Below are positions 44,457 to 53,500 of a stretch of DNA of 64,000 nucleotides, piece after piece. The notes under the pieces were generated by a model. It did no database searches, had not been told where the DNA came from, and worked only from the letters and a program-made list of their open reading frames with translations. The position numbers and the translations under genes were made by a program. The stretch spans positions 1 to 64,000 of IMG/VR virus record IMGVR_UViG_3300036820_000002, one strand, 5' to 3'. This DNA is from a virus. Each line of letters begins with the position of its first letter. Position 1 is the first letter of the stretch.

Positions 44457-46628
44457 GTGAGGGATATGGATACGGAGCAGGTCGTTTTCGCCCGGACGCA
44501 CCGGGTATCGCTGGATACCGCCCGTGACGGCCACGATGCCGTCACGGAGGCCCGTCAGCTGGACGCGGTGCTGATGAGCACCGGGTTCAAGCTGTCCGCT
44601 GACCTGCTCCGGGCCCTGAGCGTGCTGGATCCCCCGTATGTCATCGACCGGGCCGTGGAGATCATCGGCTGGGCCCGGGAGCTGTCCGGGGATCACGTCC
44701 GGCACAACGCCTATTTCATCGACTTCCCGGCGAACGTGCCGGATACGCTGGAGTTCTGGGCGGATTGCCTGCGTGAGGCGGTCCTCGCCGGCGGCCAGGT
44801 CCGCCACTTCGCGGTGCTGAACACCGACGGCCTGCAGTTCTTCACCGACCTGCTGTCGCTGCCCGGCTACGGCCGCTATCGTCATGCCTATGAAGAGATG
44901 CTGGCCCGTCACGATGAGTTGATCCCGCTGATGACCGACCGGATGACCATCATCCACCTCGGCGTATCAGCGGCGCAGGAGGCGGCTGCGCTCTACGCGG
45001 AGCTGGCCGGGTCGGCCGTGCCGCTGTCCGGGGAGGGGCTGGCCGGGCTGCGGGTGCTGGCGCAGGCGTGCCTGGGTGAGATGCCGGAGATCCCGGTCCG
45101 GGAGAACCGGGCCGTCGTGAACGCCGTCCGGGTCAGGGCCGGGATCATGCCGTCGGTGACCACGGTCACCGACATCCTGCGGCTGGCCGCTGAGCTGTCC
45201 GGATCCGGCGTGACCCTGGCGGAGCCGCCCCGGTTCCGGTCGCTGCCCCGCCCGCAGCGTCACCTGCTGATGCAGTCCCTGGACGCCCTCACGCCGGTTA
45301 ACGACGTGGTGCGGCACCGGGAGCAGTGGAAGAGGCTCGGCGAGCGGCTGCATCCCCATGAGTACCCGCAGTACCCGGTGGCCCAGCTGGCGTTCGCGGC
45401 AGCGCGCGGCGAACAGGAGGTCACCACCCTCGCCGGGAAGGCGGAGCAGGCATTCCGGCGCGGTGACACCGTCAGCGCGGCGAAGTGGCTGTCTGTTGCT
45501 CCCGGGATGCTGTGGCGGTCGGCGGACCGGCTGCTGCGCACCGCTGATCCCGGTGACCTGACTGCCCTGATGAAGGGGTTCAGCGGAGCTGCCCCGGACG
45601 TGTCCGCCCGGGTGCTGCTGTCGGCGGGGGAGCACCTGGTGAACCGGGTCCGCAAGAGCGAGGTCAGCCGCATTTTCACCGGCAGGGGTGCCCGCGCCTG
45701 GGTGATGCCGGACACCCGCCCGCTGCTGGACCTGTCCGTGGTCGCTGACCTGTCGGCACTGATCGATGAGGAGATCGGCCGCCGGCTCCCGGCAGTGCCG
45801 GTGCTGGTCATCGACCCGGCGATCCTGGACGCGGCCGTGCCGCTGTCCGGGAAGGGGATCCCGGACGGGCTGGGCGTGTGGCCGCGCGGGTCGGTGATCC
45901 CGCTGCCGCCGGGAGATACGCTGCGCTTCTTCTGTTACTGGAAGCAGACGCGGCGGCAGACTGACTTCGACCTGTCCGCGGTGTTCACCGATGAGCAGTT
46001 CGCCAACGGCGAGCATGTCAGCTGGACCCGTCTCCACGGGAAGAATGCCGTCCACAGCGGTGACATCGTCAATGCCCGCGACGGTGCGACCGAGTTTATC
46101 GACATCGCCCTGGCCGGGTTCGGGCGTGGCTACATCATCCCGCAGGTCTACGTCTACGCCGGGGAGGGGTTCGATGAGGTGGAGGAGAACGTCTTCGGCT
46201 TCATGACCCGCCAGTCCGGCCAGGAAGGTGCCCCTTTCGAGGCGCGGACGGTGCGGATGAGGTCGGCGCTCCACGGAAGCGGGCGGGTGGCGATGCCGCT
46301 GGTCTTCTTCCGGGGCGAGGATGGCCGTTTCTATGCGAAGTGGCTGCACCTGAACCTGAAGGGGCAGCAGGGCTTCTCCGGCGGCGCCCAGGTCGAGGAT
46401 AACCGGCTGACCACGCGGCTGCTGGCCCGGTCGGTAATGGAACGGGATTATCTCCGGGTCGGCTACCTGGCCGGGCTGATGGCAGCGAAGGCGGGGATGG
46501 TGCTGCAGGCAGGCGGTGACCTGCCGGGCCAGCCGGTGACCTACCTTGGTGTCGCGGAGCCGGAAGGGCTGCCGGAGGGGTCGGCGGTCATCACCCTGCC
46601 GGGCCTGGCCCGGCTGATCCCGGTGTAG
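44457..46628 (+). CDS. divergent TROVE/Rot-like helical protein with C-terminal TerD-like domain
   Basis: HNAYFIDFPANVPDT, EQWKRLGERLHPHEY, PGMLWRSADRLLR, DFDLSAVF, HSGDIVNARDGATEFIDI. Confidence 0.75.
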   Translation: MRDMDTEQVVFARTHRVSLDTARDGHDAVTEARQLDAVLMSTGFKLSADLLRALSVLDPPYVIDRAVEIIGWARELSGDHVRHNAYFIDFPANVPDTLEFWADCLREAVLAGGQVRHFAVLNTDGLQFFTDLLSLPGYGRYRHAYEEMLARHDELIPLMTDRMTIIHLGVSAAQEAAALYAELAGSAVPLSGEGLAGLRVLAQACLGEMPEIPVRENRAVVNAVRVRAGIMPSVTTVTDILRLAAELSGSGVTLAEPPRFRSLPRPQRHLLMQSLDALTPVNDVVRHREQWKRLGERLHPHEYPQYPVAQLAFAAARGEQEVTTLAGKAEQAFRRGDTVSAAKWLSVAPGMLWRSADRLLRTADPGDLTALMKGFSGAAPDVSARVLLSAGEHLVNRVRKSEVSRIFTGRGARAWVMPDTRPLLDLSVVADLSALIDEEIGRRLPAVPVLVIDPAILDAAVPLSGKGIPDGLGVWPRGSVIPLPPGDTLRFFCYWKQTRRQTDFDLSAVFTDEQFANGEHVSWTRLHGKNAVHSGDIVNARDGATEFIDIALAGFGRGYIIPQVYVYAGEGFDEVEENVFGFMTRQSGQEGAPFEARTVRMRSALHGSGRVAMPLVFFRGEDGRFYAKWLHLNLKGQQGFSGGAQVEDNRLTTRLLARSVMERDYLRVGYLAGLMAAKAGMVLQAGGDLPGQPVTYLGVAEPEGLPEGSAVITLPGLARLIPV

Positions 46629-46630
46629 GA

Positions 46631-46709
46631 TGAGTGCGTGAGGCCATGGGCGGGCTTCCTTCTATTCTCTTATACGGAAACTAGCGCGCCCGCTTTCCTC
46701 ACGCACTCA
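46631..46709 (+). ncRNA. Y-RNA-like unit 1
   Basis: Closing stem, GGCCAT-N8-TTCCTTCT motif. Confidence 0.65.
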
Positions 46710-46711
46710 CC

Positions 46712-46848
46712 TCCCGGCGGTCATAGGCGGGGTTCCTTCTGTCCCTCATAATCTGGGTGCCGCAGGTTCGACCCCTGCCTCCCCTCCGGGGAGTAGCTCA
46801 GCGGCAGAGCACCAGACGGCTCCTACCCCGCCTGCTTCCCGCACGGGA
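46712..46848 (+). ncRNA. Y-RNA-like unit 2 with circularly permuted tRNA domain
   Basis: GGTCAT-N8-TTCCTTCT, then T arm, loop-closed acceptor stem, D arm. Confidence 0.8.
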
Positions 46849-46855
46849 TACACCG

Positions 46856-46953
46856 AAGGCCCTGCGGTCATCGGAGAGCTTCCTTCTAGCTGCGTCCTGC
46901 GCAGCGGTTTCAGGAACCGCTTCCTAGCTCCCCGGCTCACCGCAGGGTCTTTT
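46856..46953 (+). ncRNA. Y-RNA-like unit 3
   Basis: GGTCAT-N8-TTCCTTCT, closing stem, U-tract. Confidence 0.65.
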
Positions 46954-47206
46954 CCTCAGTGCGGGCGTACCTCCGCGAGGATCACCAGGATGAGGAAGAG
47001 GACCCCCATCGCGAGCACGATGATGACCAGGTCATTCATGAACGCCCGCATCAGGGGGCGCAGCTTCCGGAACCTGTCCACCTGTTCTCCTTAAACGACG
47101 GCCTGCTGCCGTCCTGATCATATAGAGTCCTGATCCACGGGGCAGCCTGGCACCCGCGACGACAGGCTCCCGGTCACTGCCGTCAGTCTTCCAGGGAGGT
47201 CAGCTC

Positions 47207-47518
47207 GTGACAGCTGCTGTCAAGATAGGCATCAAGCCGCTCGATGACCGGATCGTGGTCCGGCCGCTCGATGCCGAGGAGGTTACCGCCGGCGGGCTGG
47301 TGATCCCGGCCACCGTGCGGGAGAAGCCCCAGGAGGGTGAGGTCCTCGCGGCCGGGCCCGGCCGCTTCAACAGCGCGGGCACCGCTCGCATCCCGACCGG
47401 GATCAAGCCCGGGGACATCGTGCTCTACGGCCGGTACGGCGGTACCGAGGTCAAGCATGACGGCGAGCAGTACCTGATGCTGACCGCCGCCGACGTGATG
47501 GCTCTCATCGAGAAGTGA
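47207..47518 (+). CDS. groES: co-chaperonin GroES
   Basis: IKPLDDRIVV...TAGGLVIP...EKPQEGEVLAAGPG...YGGTEVK. Confidence 0.95.
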   Translation: MTAAVKIGIKPLDDRIVVRPLDAEEVTAGGLVIPATVREKPQEGEVLAAGPGRFNSAGTARIPTGIKPGDIVLYGRYGGTEVKHDGEQYLMLTAADVMALIEK

Positions 47519-47525
47519 GAACAGG

Positions 47526-47565
47526 AAAAATACCCCCCCGTACCTGAGTGCGGGGGGGTATTTTT
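47526..47565. terminator. bidirectional intrinsic terminator
   Basis: AAAAATACCCCCCCG/CGGGGGGGTATTTTT. Confidence 0.85.
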
Positions 47566-47597
47566 CTTACAGCACCTGTCTCTTGCCTTTAAGGCTA

Positions 47598-48233
47598 TCA
47601 CGGGCGGGCGGTCCACGTCTTCCCGTCGGGGGAGGTCACCGGCACGCTGGAGAGCCCGGCGGTCACCACGACGCCCGCCTGCACCTGGTGCGGCAGGAAC
47701 CAGCCGGGGATGGTCACCGACAGGTCGACAGTCAGCTCTGACAGCGTCTGTACGGTCCCGGGAGCCACCGTAGCAGGATTGGAGGAGGGGGAAGCCCACT
47801 GGATGGCTACCACGTCCCCGCCGAGCGCAGCGGCTGCCCCAGCTTCATCCAGGGACCAGTCCGCGATCCAGTACTGCACGTGCCCGGCCAGCCCGGCCGC
47901 CTTCACTGCCGCCTTCACGGCGGCCAGGCTCCCCTGGCTGACGTAGATCCAGGACAGCCACCCCCTGCCCTTGCGGGCCAGCGCTCCTGTGACTGCCTGC
48001 GCGATGGTGCCCGCCCCCGTCTCTACGTCCGCGACGTCGGCCTCCCCGGCGGCGAAAGCGGCCAGCTCCGGGGACTGGTCGATGCGGACCTTCCCCTCGC
48101 TGAACCGGGCCCAGTCCGCCGTGGTCCAGCGGATCCCGCTGCTGCCGGTGACGTAGCCGGCTACCAGCGGGGCGTTCGCCGGGATGCTCATCACGTCAGC
48201 GTGGGTGGCGTCGGTCATCACCTGATAGGTCAT
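47598..48233 (-). CDS. putative endolysin (GH25/DUF1906-like glycoside hydrolase)
   Basis: VAGYVTG...DVADVETGA...WIYVS...YWIADW...AIQW; position after membrane genes. Confidence 0.6.
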   Translation of the reverse strand: MTYQVMTDATHADVMSIPANAPLVAGYVTGSSGIRWTTADWARFSEGKVRIDQSPELAAFAAGEADVADVETGAGTIAQAVTGALARKGRGWLSWIYVSQGSLAAVKAAVKAAGLAGHVQYWIADWSLDEAGAAAALGGDVVAIQWASPSSNPATVAPGTVQTLSELTVDLSVTIPGWFLPHQVQAGVVVTAGLSSVPVTSPDGKTWTARP

Positions 48234-48691
48234 GAATTCTCCTCCGGGGCGGATATCTTCTGGTGGATCTGCTGCGCCAGCCCGTGAATCTGCTCGGTGA
48301 GGTCGGTGTTCCGGTCCAGCAGCTGCTTGTTCTGGTCTTCTACCGTCGCGATATGGGTGAGTGCCTCATGCATGGCCGCCGACTGCAGGTCAGAGGAGCG
48401 CTGCAGCTTGTTCCCGACGTAGACCATCAGCGGCAAGGCGAACAGCTGGAGCCAGCCGCTGGAGTAGAAGAAGATCTTCCCCTCGGCGGCCGGCCCGAGA
48501 TAAGGGGCGATCAGGGGCACCGTGAAGAAAAGCCAGATTGTCCAGCAGACGCCGAAGACGATGGCCAGATGGGTAGCCAGCCAGTCATTGGCGGCGGCGA
48601 TTTTGCCCCGGGCTCCCCGCTCATGGCGGGCGGCATCCTCGCGGAGCCGCATATGCACGGCGTGCGGCACTGCCGGGTGCTGGCTGTCCAT
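48230..48691 (-). CDS. membrane protein (DUF1003-like)
   Basis: Two TM segments; SSGWLQLFALPLMVYVGN. Confidence 0.65.
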   Translation of the reverse strand: MDSQHPAVPHAVHMRLREDAARHERGARGKIAAANDWLATHLAIVFGVCWTIWLFFTVPLIAPYLGPAAEGKIFFYSSGWLQLFALPLMVYVGNKLQRSSDLQSAAMHEALTHIATVEDQNKQLLDRNTDLTEQIHGLAQQIHQKISAPEENS

Positions 48692-48971
48692 GGGCCTGTC
48701 TTTCGTTATGCAGGTGCAGCAGTTGCGCCAGCTGCCTGCCAGGGCGGTGATAGCTGCCGCGCTGCTGCCGCAGCGGCGCGCTTCCTCATCGAGGTAGCCC
48801 GCGACCTGGCACCAGCGGCAGCTCACCAGGCGGGGCGGTCCCAGATGCTGCTCAGGCACCACAGGAACAGGCCCAGGACGGCCAGCACCCTCCAGGTGAG
48901 GGCGCCGTGGGACAGCGTCCAGGCCACCATGACCAGGGACAGGAAGAATGCGAGCATGGCCAGGATGCGGA

Positions 48972-49424
48972 TCATGATTTCCCTGCCTTGGCGATGAGGT
49001 CCCGGACGTAGGATTCGCTGGAGAAGTCGCTGTAGCTGGCGCAGTGGACGCCCATCGGGCCCCGGTGGTGGTTCACGCAGAGCAGGGTGAGGTTGGCGTC
49101 GCCGTCGATCCAGGCGCCGATGTCATCCGCGCTGATCCCCGGGTAGTCCTTCTCCAGCAGCGCTATGTCGATCTCGTTGAGCATGGCCAGCTCCACCACC
49201 CGGTGGTGGGCTTCCAGCGGGCTGCCCAGGTCGCATTCACCGGCTTTGCCGTCGCGGTGCTCCTTCGCGAAGTCGCACCACCAGGTCTCGGCGTTCCTGC
49301 GCCGCCGCTTCCATTCCTCGAAATCACGGCGGTGCGGGTCGGCGGCCCTGGGCGGGTGCTCCGGGTAGTGCACCAGGTAGCGGCGGCTGGTGACCTGCCA
49401 GTGCGCGGGGGTCACTTCGTGCAC
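48972..49424 (-). CDS. HNH-like protein
   Basis: YPEHPPR...LEAHH...NLTLLCVNHHRG. Confidence 0.7.
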   Translation of the reverse strand: MHEVTPAHWQVTSRRYLVHYPEHPPRAADPHRRDFEEWKRRRRNAETWWCDFAKEHRDGKAGECDLGSPLEAHHRVVELAMLNEIDIALLEKDYPGISADDIGAWIDGDANLTLLCVNHHRGPMGVHCASYSDFSSESYVRDLIAKAGKS

Positions 49425-49669
49425 CTGAACTGGTGCTGTACGGTGACGAAGTCCTCATACAGCTCGTAGGTCTGCACCCGGCTCGGGTTGGCCGCCGGGT
49501 CAGCCGGCTTGGGTACCGGATGGCTGATCAGCAGGTTGATCACGTTGCACCACTGCTGATCAGCCCGGTTGATCTGCCAGGCGGTCAGCAGGTAAGCGCC
49601 GGCGATGGCCGCCACCACGATCACCACCAGTGCGGAGATCAGCAGCGCGATCCGGGTAGCGTGGGTCAT
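49412..49669 (-). CDS. membrane protein
   Basis: N-terminal TM helix. Confidence 0.65.
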   Translation of the reverse strand: MTHATRIALLISALVVIVVAAIAGAYLLTAWQINRADQQWCNVINLLISHPVPKPADPAANPSRVQTYELYEDFVTVQHQFRCTK

Positions 49670-49884
49670 GGCCGCTTGATCCTGTCTTCGAGGATCGCTA
49701 TCCGGGTTTCATGGCTCTGGTACATGTTCTTGAGCTCTCCCACTCCCGTGGTCAGTCTCCTCACCGCCTCGGTGTTCTCCTCAGTAGCGGTGACCTGCCG
49801 GAAGATGCCGCGCCCGATGATTACGACGGTGGACAGCAGCACGATGAAGCCGCCGAGGCCGCCGGTCGCGATCAGCCAGGTCAC
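49666..49884 (-). CDS. membrane protein (holin-like)
   Basis: TM helix plus coiled coil HETRIAILE. Confidence 0.6.
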   Translation of the reverse strand: MTWLIATGGLGGFIVLLSTVVIIGRGIFRQVTATEENTEAVRRLTTGVGELKNMYQSHETRIAILEDRIKRP

Positions 49885-50537
49885 GCCGTTCTCCAGGCGC
49901 GCGGCCAGCTCTGGTCAGCCGGCACCTGGCGCAGCCGCTTCCCGTTGTAGGAAGGCTGCTCCGGTTCCCCCGCCATCACCATCGCGGTCCCGGCGCTGGT
50001 GATGGCGGGAAAACGATGGCGCTGCTCGCGAAGCCAGGTGAACCCCGATCCGGGGACCTGGCCGTAGGCGCAAGCGGCCGTCCCGCGCCAGGGCAGCGGG
50101 TGGACCAGGCCGGGCCGGTAGGCGCAGAGCCGCATCTCCAGCGCCACCGGGACGGCGACCCCGGTCTGGGCCAGGTAGCGGACCACCTCGAACCGGGGGA
50201 TCTCCGCCACTGACCCGTGGAGGATGATGTCCCCCTCCGACCCGTCCAGGCCGTGGGCCAGGAATTCGCGGAGGCCGTCTTTGCGCTCTTTCCCCGGCGG
50301 CTGCGGCAGCTCTCCCGGCAGTACGTCCACGTGGGTCCAGCGGCCGTGGTAAGGGCTGAACCGGGTCCGGCAGTTCTCCTTGAAATGCAGCGGCTTAGGA
50401 TCTCCCTGCCAGGTCACGGATGTCTCCGCTATCACGTGAGTGACGTCCGGGATGTCCTCCAGTTCCTGCATCCGGGCGGCCAGCAGATCCAGGTCCTTGT
50501 CCTCCCCGATGAGGACGCAGTCGAAAACGCGTGGCAT
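49881..50537 (-). CDS. glycosyltransferase family 17-like protein
   Basis: RVFDC...DLLAARMQEL...VIAETSVTWQGDPKPLHF. Confidence 0.7.
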   Translation of the reverse strand: MPRVFDCVLIGEDKDLDLLAARMQELEDIPDVTHVIAETSVTWQGDPKPLHFKENCRTRFSPYHGRWTHVDVLPGELPQPPGKERKDGLREFLAHGLDGSEGDIILHGSVAEIPRFEVVRYLAQTGVAVPVALEMRLCAYRPGLVHPLPWRGTAACAYGQVPGSGFTWLREQRHRFPAITSAGTAMVMAGEPEQPSYNGKRLRQVPADQSWPRAWRTA

Positions 50538-50567
50538 GCCGTTCCCCTCCGGTTGGTAACTGACTGG

Positions 50568-53500
50568 TCATTCCCAGTAATTATTCGGTTCGTGGTCCAA
50601 AGTGAGCACCACGCTGCCGGTGACATCGCTGTCATGGCTGCCGTAGGAGATCCGCCGGGTGATCGCGGTCACCCGGTAGGTGTAGACGGTGCCGCCGCCG
50701 CCGATCTGCCAGTCCTGCATCGTCACCACGTCCCCCACGTTGATCCCGGCGACCAGCTGCCAGGCCTGCGGGTAAGGGGCGGCGTCGATCCTGATCCCGG
50801 CCGCCCGCCGCTGCGGGGTGCCGTAGACGCTGAACAGCCAGTTCGCCTGGCTCTGCATCTCAGTGACGCTTTGCAGGTAGGACGTCACCTGGTAGGGCTG
50901 CGCCCCGTCCTGGTCCTGGCTGGCGTTAACCGCCGTGGCATCCTGCGGGGTGAGCAGCGGCAGCGAGGCGCCGGTCGGGGACAGCGGCTGGACGGTGATC
51001 GCGTTCCATACCCGCTGCGGGTCAGTGATCCACTCGGCGGCGCGGTAATAGGGGACCTGCCCCGCCGAGGTAACCGGGCCCAGCGCCCATACCGGGCTGC
51101 TGTACTGCGACTGCAGGTGCGGGCGCTGCCAGTAGGTGAGGTTGTTGCAGTTGTCGACGAACAGCATGCCGTCATCGGACTGCTGGATCGCCTGGATCCC
51201 GGCGCCTGCCTGCACGCCGCCGCCAGTCGCTCCCGGCGACTGGACCTGCAGCGGGGCCTGGTCGATGCACCGGTTCGGGGAACTGCACAACCCGGCCCGC
51301 ATCAGCCGCTCGATCCGCTGTCCGACAGTATCCCCCACGCTGGAGGGGACCGTCGGCGGGGGGGAGCCGTTTCCGCCGGCTACCTGGCAGACCCCTGTCC
51401 CGGTGGCGCTGCCGCCGTAGCCGCCGGAGAAGGCGGCTCCGCTGCCGCAGGTCACCGCCGCCTCCTCTTCCGCGCCCACCTTGCTGGAGGTATAGGCGTA
51501 GATCAGCGGCGCGACCGCCTGCCAGCCCAGCCACAGGCTCGCGTAGCCGGTGCCGGACTCGTCGTTGCGCTGCACCGTCGTGCCGGTCGCCCAGGCGCTC
51601 GGTCCCGAGGTGATGCCGCCGGGGACCACCGCGACCGCGACCCCGGAAGCGGCTACTCCCGTGGTGGCCGTATAGCCGCCGTTGGTGCTGCCGTCGGGGG
51701 AGAAGGTGGTGATCACCTGGTTGCCCGTCGTCGGGACCTGCGGCGTCCAGGTAACCTGGACCGATGTCGGTGCCGGGAGCTGCCCGAACCCGGTGATCGC
51801 GGCCCAGTAGTGGTCCATGATCCGGTAGTAGGGCAGTACGTACGGGTAGAGGGCCAGGTGCGCGATCGCGGTATTGCCGCAGTGCTGGACCTGGCCCGAG
51901 GCCCCGCCGCCGCCGGAGCCCATGTCGGCGTTCGCGATGAGCCAGGTCCAGGCGGAGGTCATCCCGGACGCGGTGCCGCTGACTTCCGCTGTCGCGCCGC
52001 CGTTGACGTAGACCGTCCAGCTGGTCTGGGTGAGGGTCATGCTCACCATGAACCAGGCGCCGGACCGCAGGTCGCTGCCGTTGTAGATGAGATTCGAGGT
52101 GCCGGTGCCGCCGGAATAGGTGATCAGGTGCAGGGCGCCGTTATCATCAAGCTGCAGCACCGCGACCGGGTTGCTGCCGGTGGCCAGCTCGATCAGGGTC
52201 AGCGGGCACAGCGGCTGCTGCTGGAGCGGGGAGGGCTGGTCGGTTTCCCCTATCCCGGTCGGGCCGGCCTGGAACTGGAACTGGAACCACCCCTCGGCAG
52301 TGATCCCCGAGGACAGCGGCGGGAAGCTGCTGTCGTTGCAGGAGAGGTACCAGCCGTAGGAGCCGGTGCTGCCGGACTGCCCCGACGCCTGCCAGGCCGC
52401 CGACCCGGGGGTTGCGGTCTGCGGGTTGCCGGTGTCGACGGTGCTGATCGCGGACTGAGGATCTCCCGGCATCCACCCGGCCAGCGCGCCGGTCGTGTAG
52501 ACGGGCATCGTCGGCGGGATGAGGGTGTCCGGCGCGTATCCTTCCAGGCTCTCCGGTGTCTGCGCGATCCCTCCGAGACTGGACAGCATCACGTCCAGCG
52601 TGTTCGTGTTGCCGAGGGCGGCGTTCAGCAGCGCCGTGGGCAGCACCCCGGCCGTGCCCGGCTGGTCATCGCACGGCCACCAGGCATAGGGGGCGTCCTC
52701 GTAGACCTCGGACCGGTAGAAGGTCGGCGGGGTCGCCGACAGTGCCGCCCAGATGTCAGCGCCAGTCACCGTGCAGTAACGGCGGAAGGTGTCGTCGATC
52801 TGCTCCGCCCACTGCGTCGCGTTCCGGGCGATGACATACCACCGGTTGCAGGTGCTGCCGCCGAGGGTGCCCAGCGCCATCCGCAGCCGTACGGGAGTGC
52901 CGGGGACGCAGTAGGGATAGTAGGGTGACAGGGAATTCAGCGGTGACAGCGCGCCGTCGAAGTTATCCAGGATCAGGGTGAGGTTCGTCGACTGCAGCTC
53001 GCCCAGCTCGAACTGGATCCCGGTCTGCTCATCCCACTCCCAGAGGCGGTTCGAGATGTCGGTCCAGGTCACCTCGCTGTCCGGGGTGTTGAACCCGGAC
53101 CCGAACCCGGCTTCGGCGACGATATGCGGCCAGGCCTGGTTGCCGGCGGGGACCGGGCTGGGGGCATTGGTGTAGACGCCGACCAGGAAGCCGGACATCG
53201 CCTCGGCGGTCCCGGCGGAACCTGATACTGACTGTGCGCTCAGCGAGGAAGACAACACGGCGGCGGTGAGGATATTGTCCGCGAGGGTGTTGACGCCGTT
53301 GGTCTGGGTCTGGGTAACCAGGGACGTCCACCCGGCCGGCGTGAACGCCTGTCCCGACGACGCGTTATTCCCCCCGGTGGCCCCGAGGAAGAAGGAGGCG
53401 GCAGCGGGAGCGCCCAGCGACAGGGATAGCGACGTCCCCGAGCCGGTGTAGGCGGTGTCTGTACCCGCGACAGTGTCCCACGGGCCCAGTCCGGCCACCT

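Noticed and set aside
50217-52928. 903-aa plus-strand ORF and similar long antisense ORFs (28396-30042, 44967-46349)
   Set aside because: Shadow frames of high-GC genes on the opposite strand with no domain features
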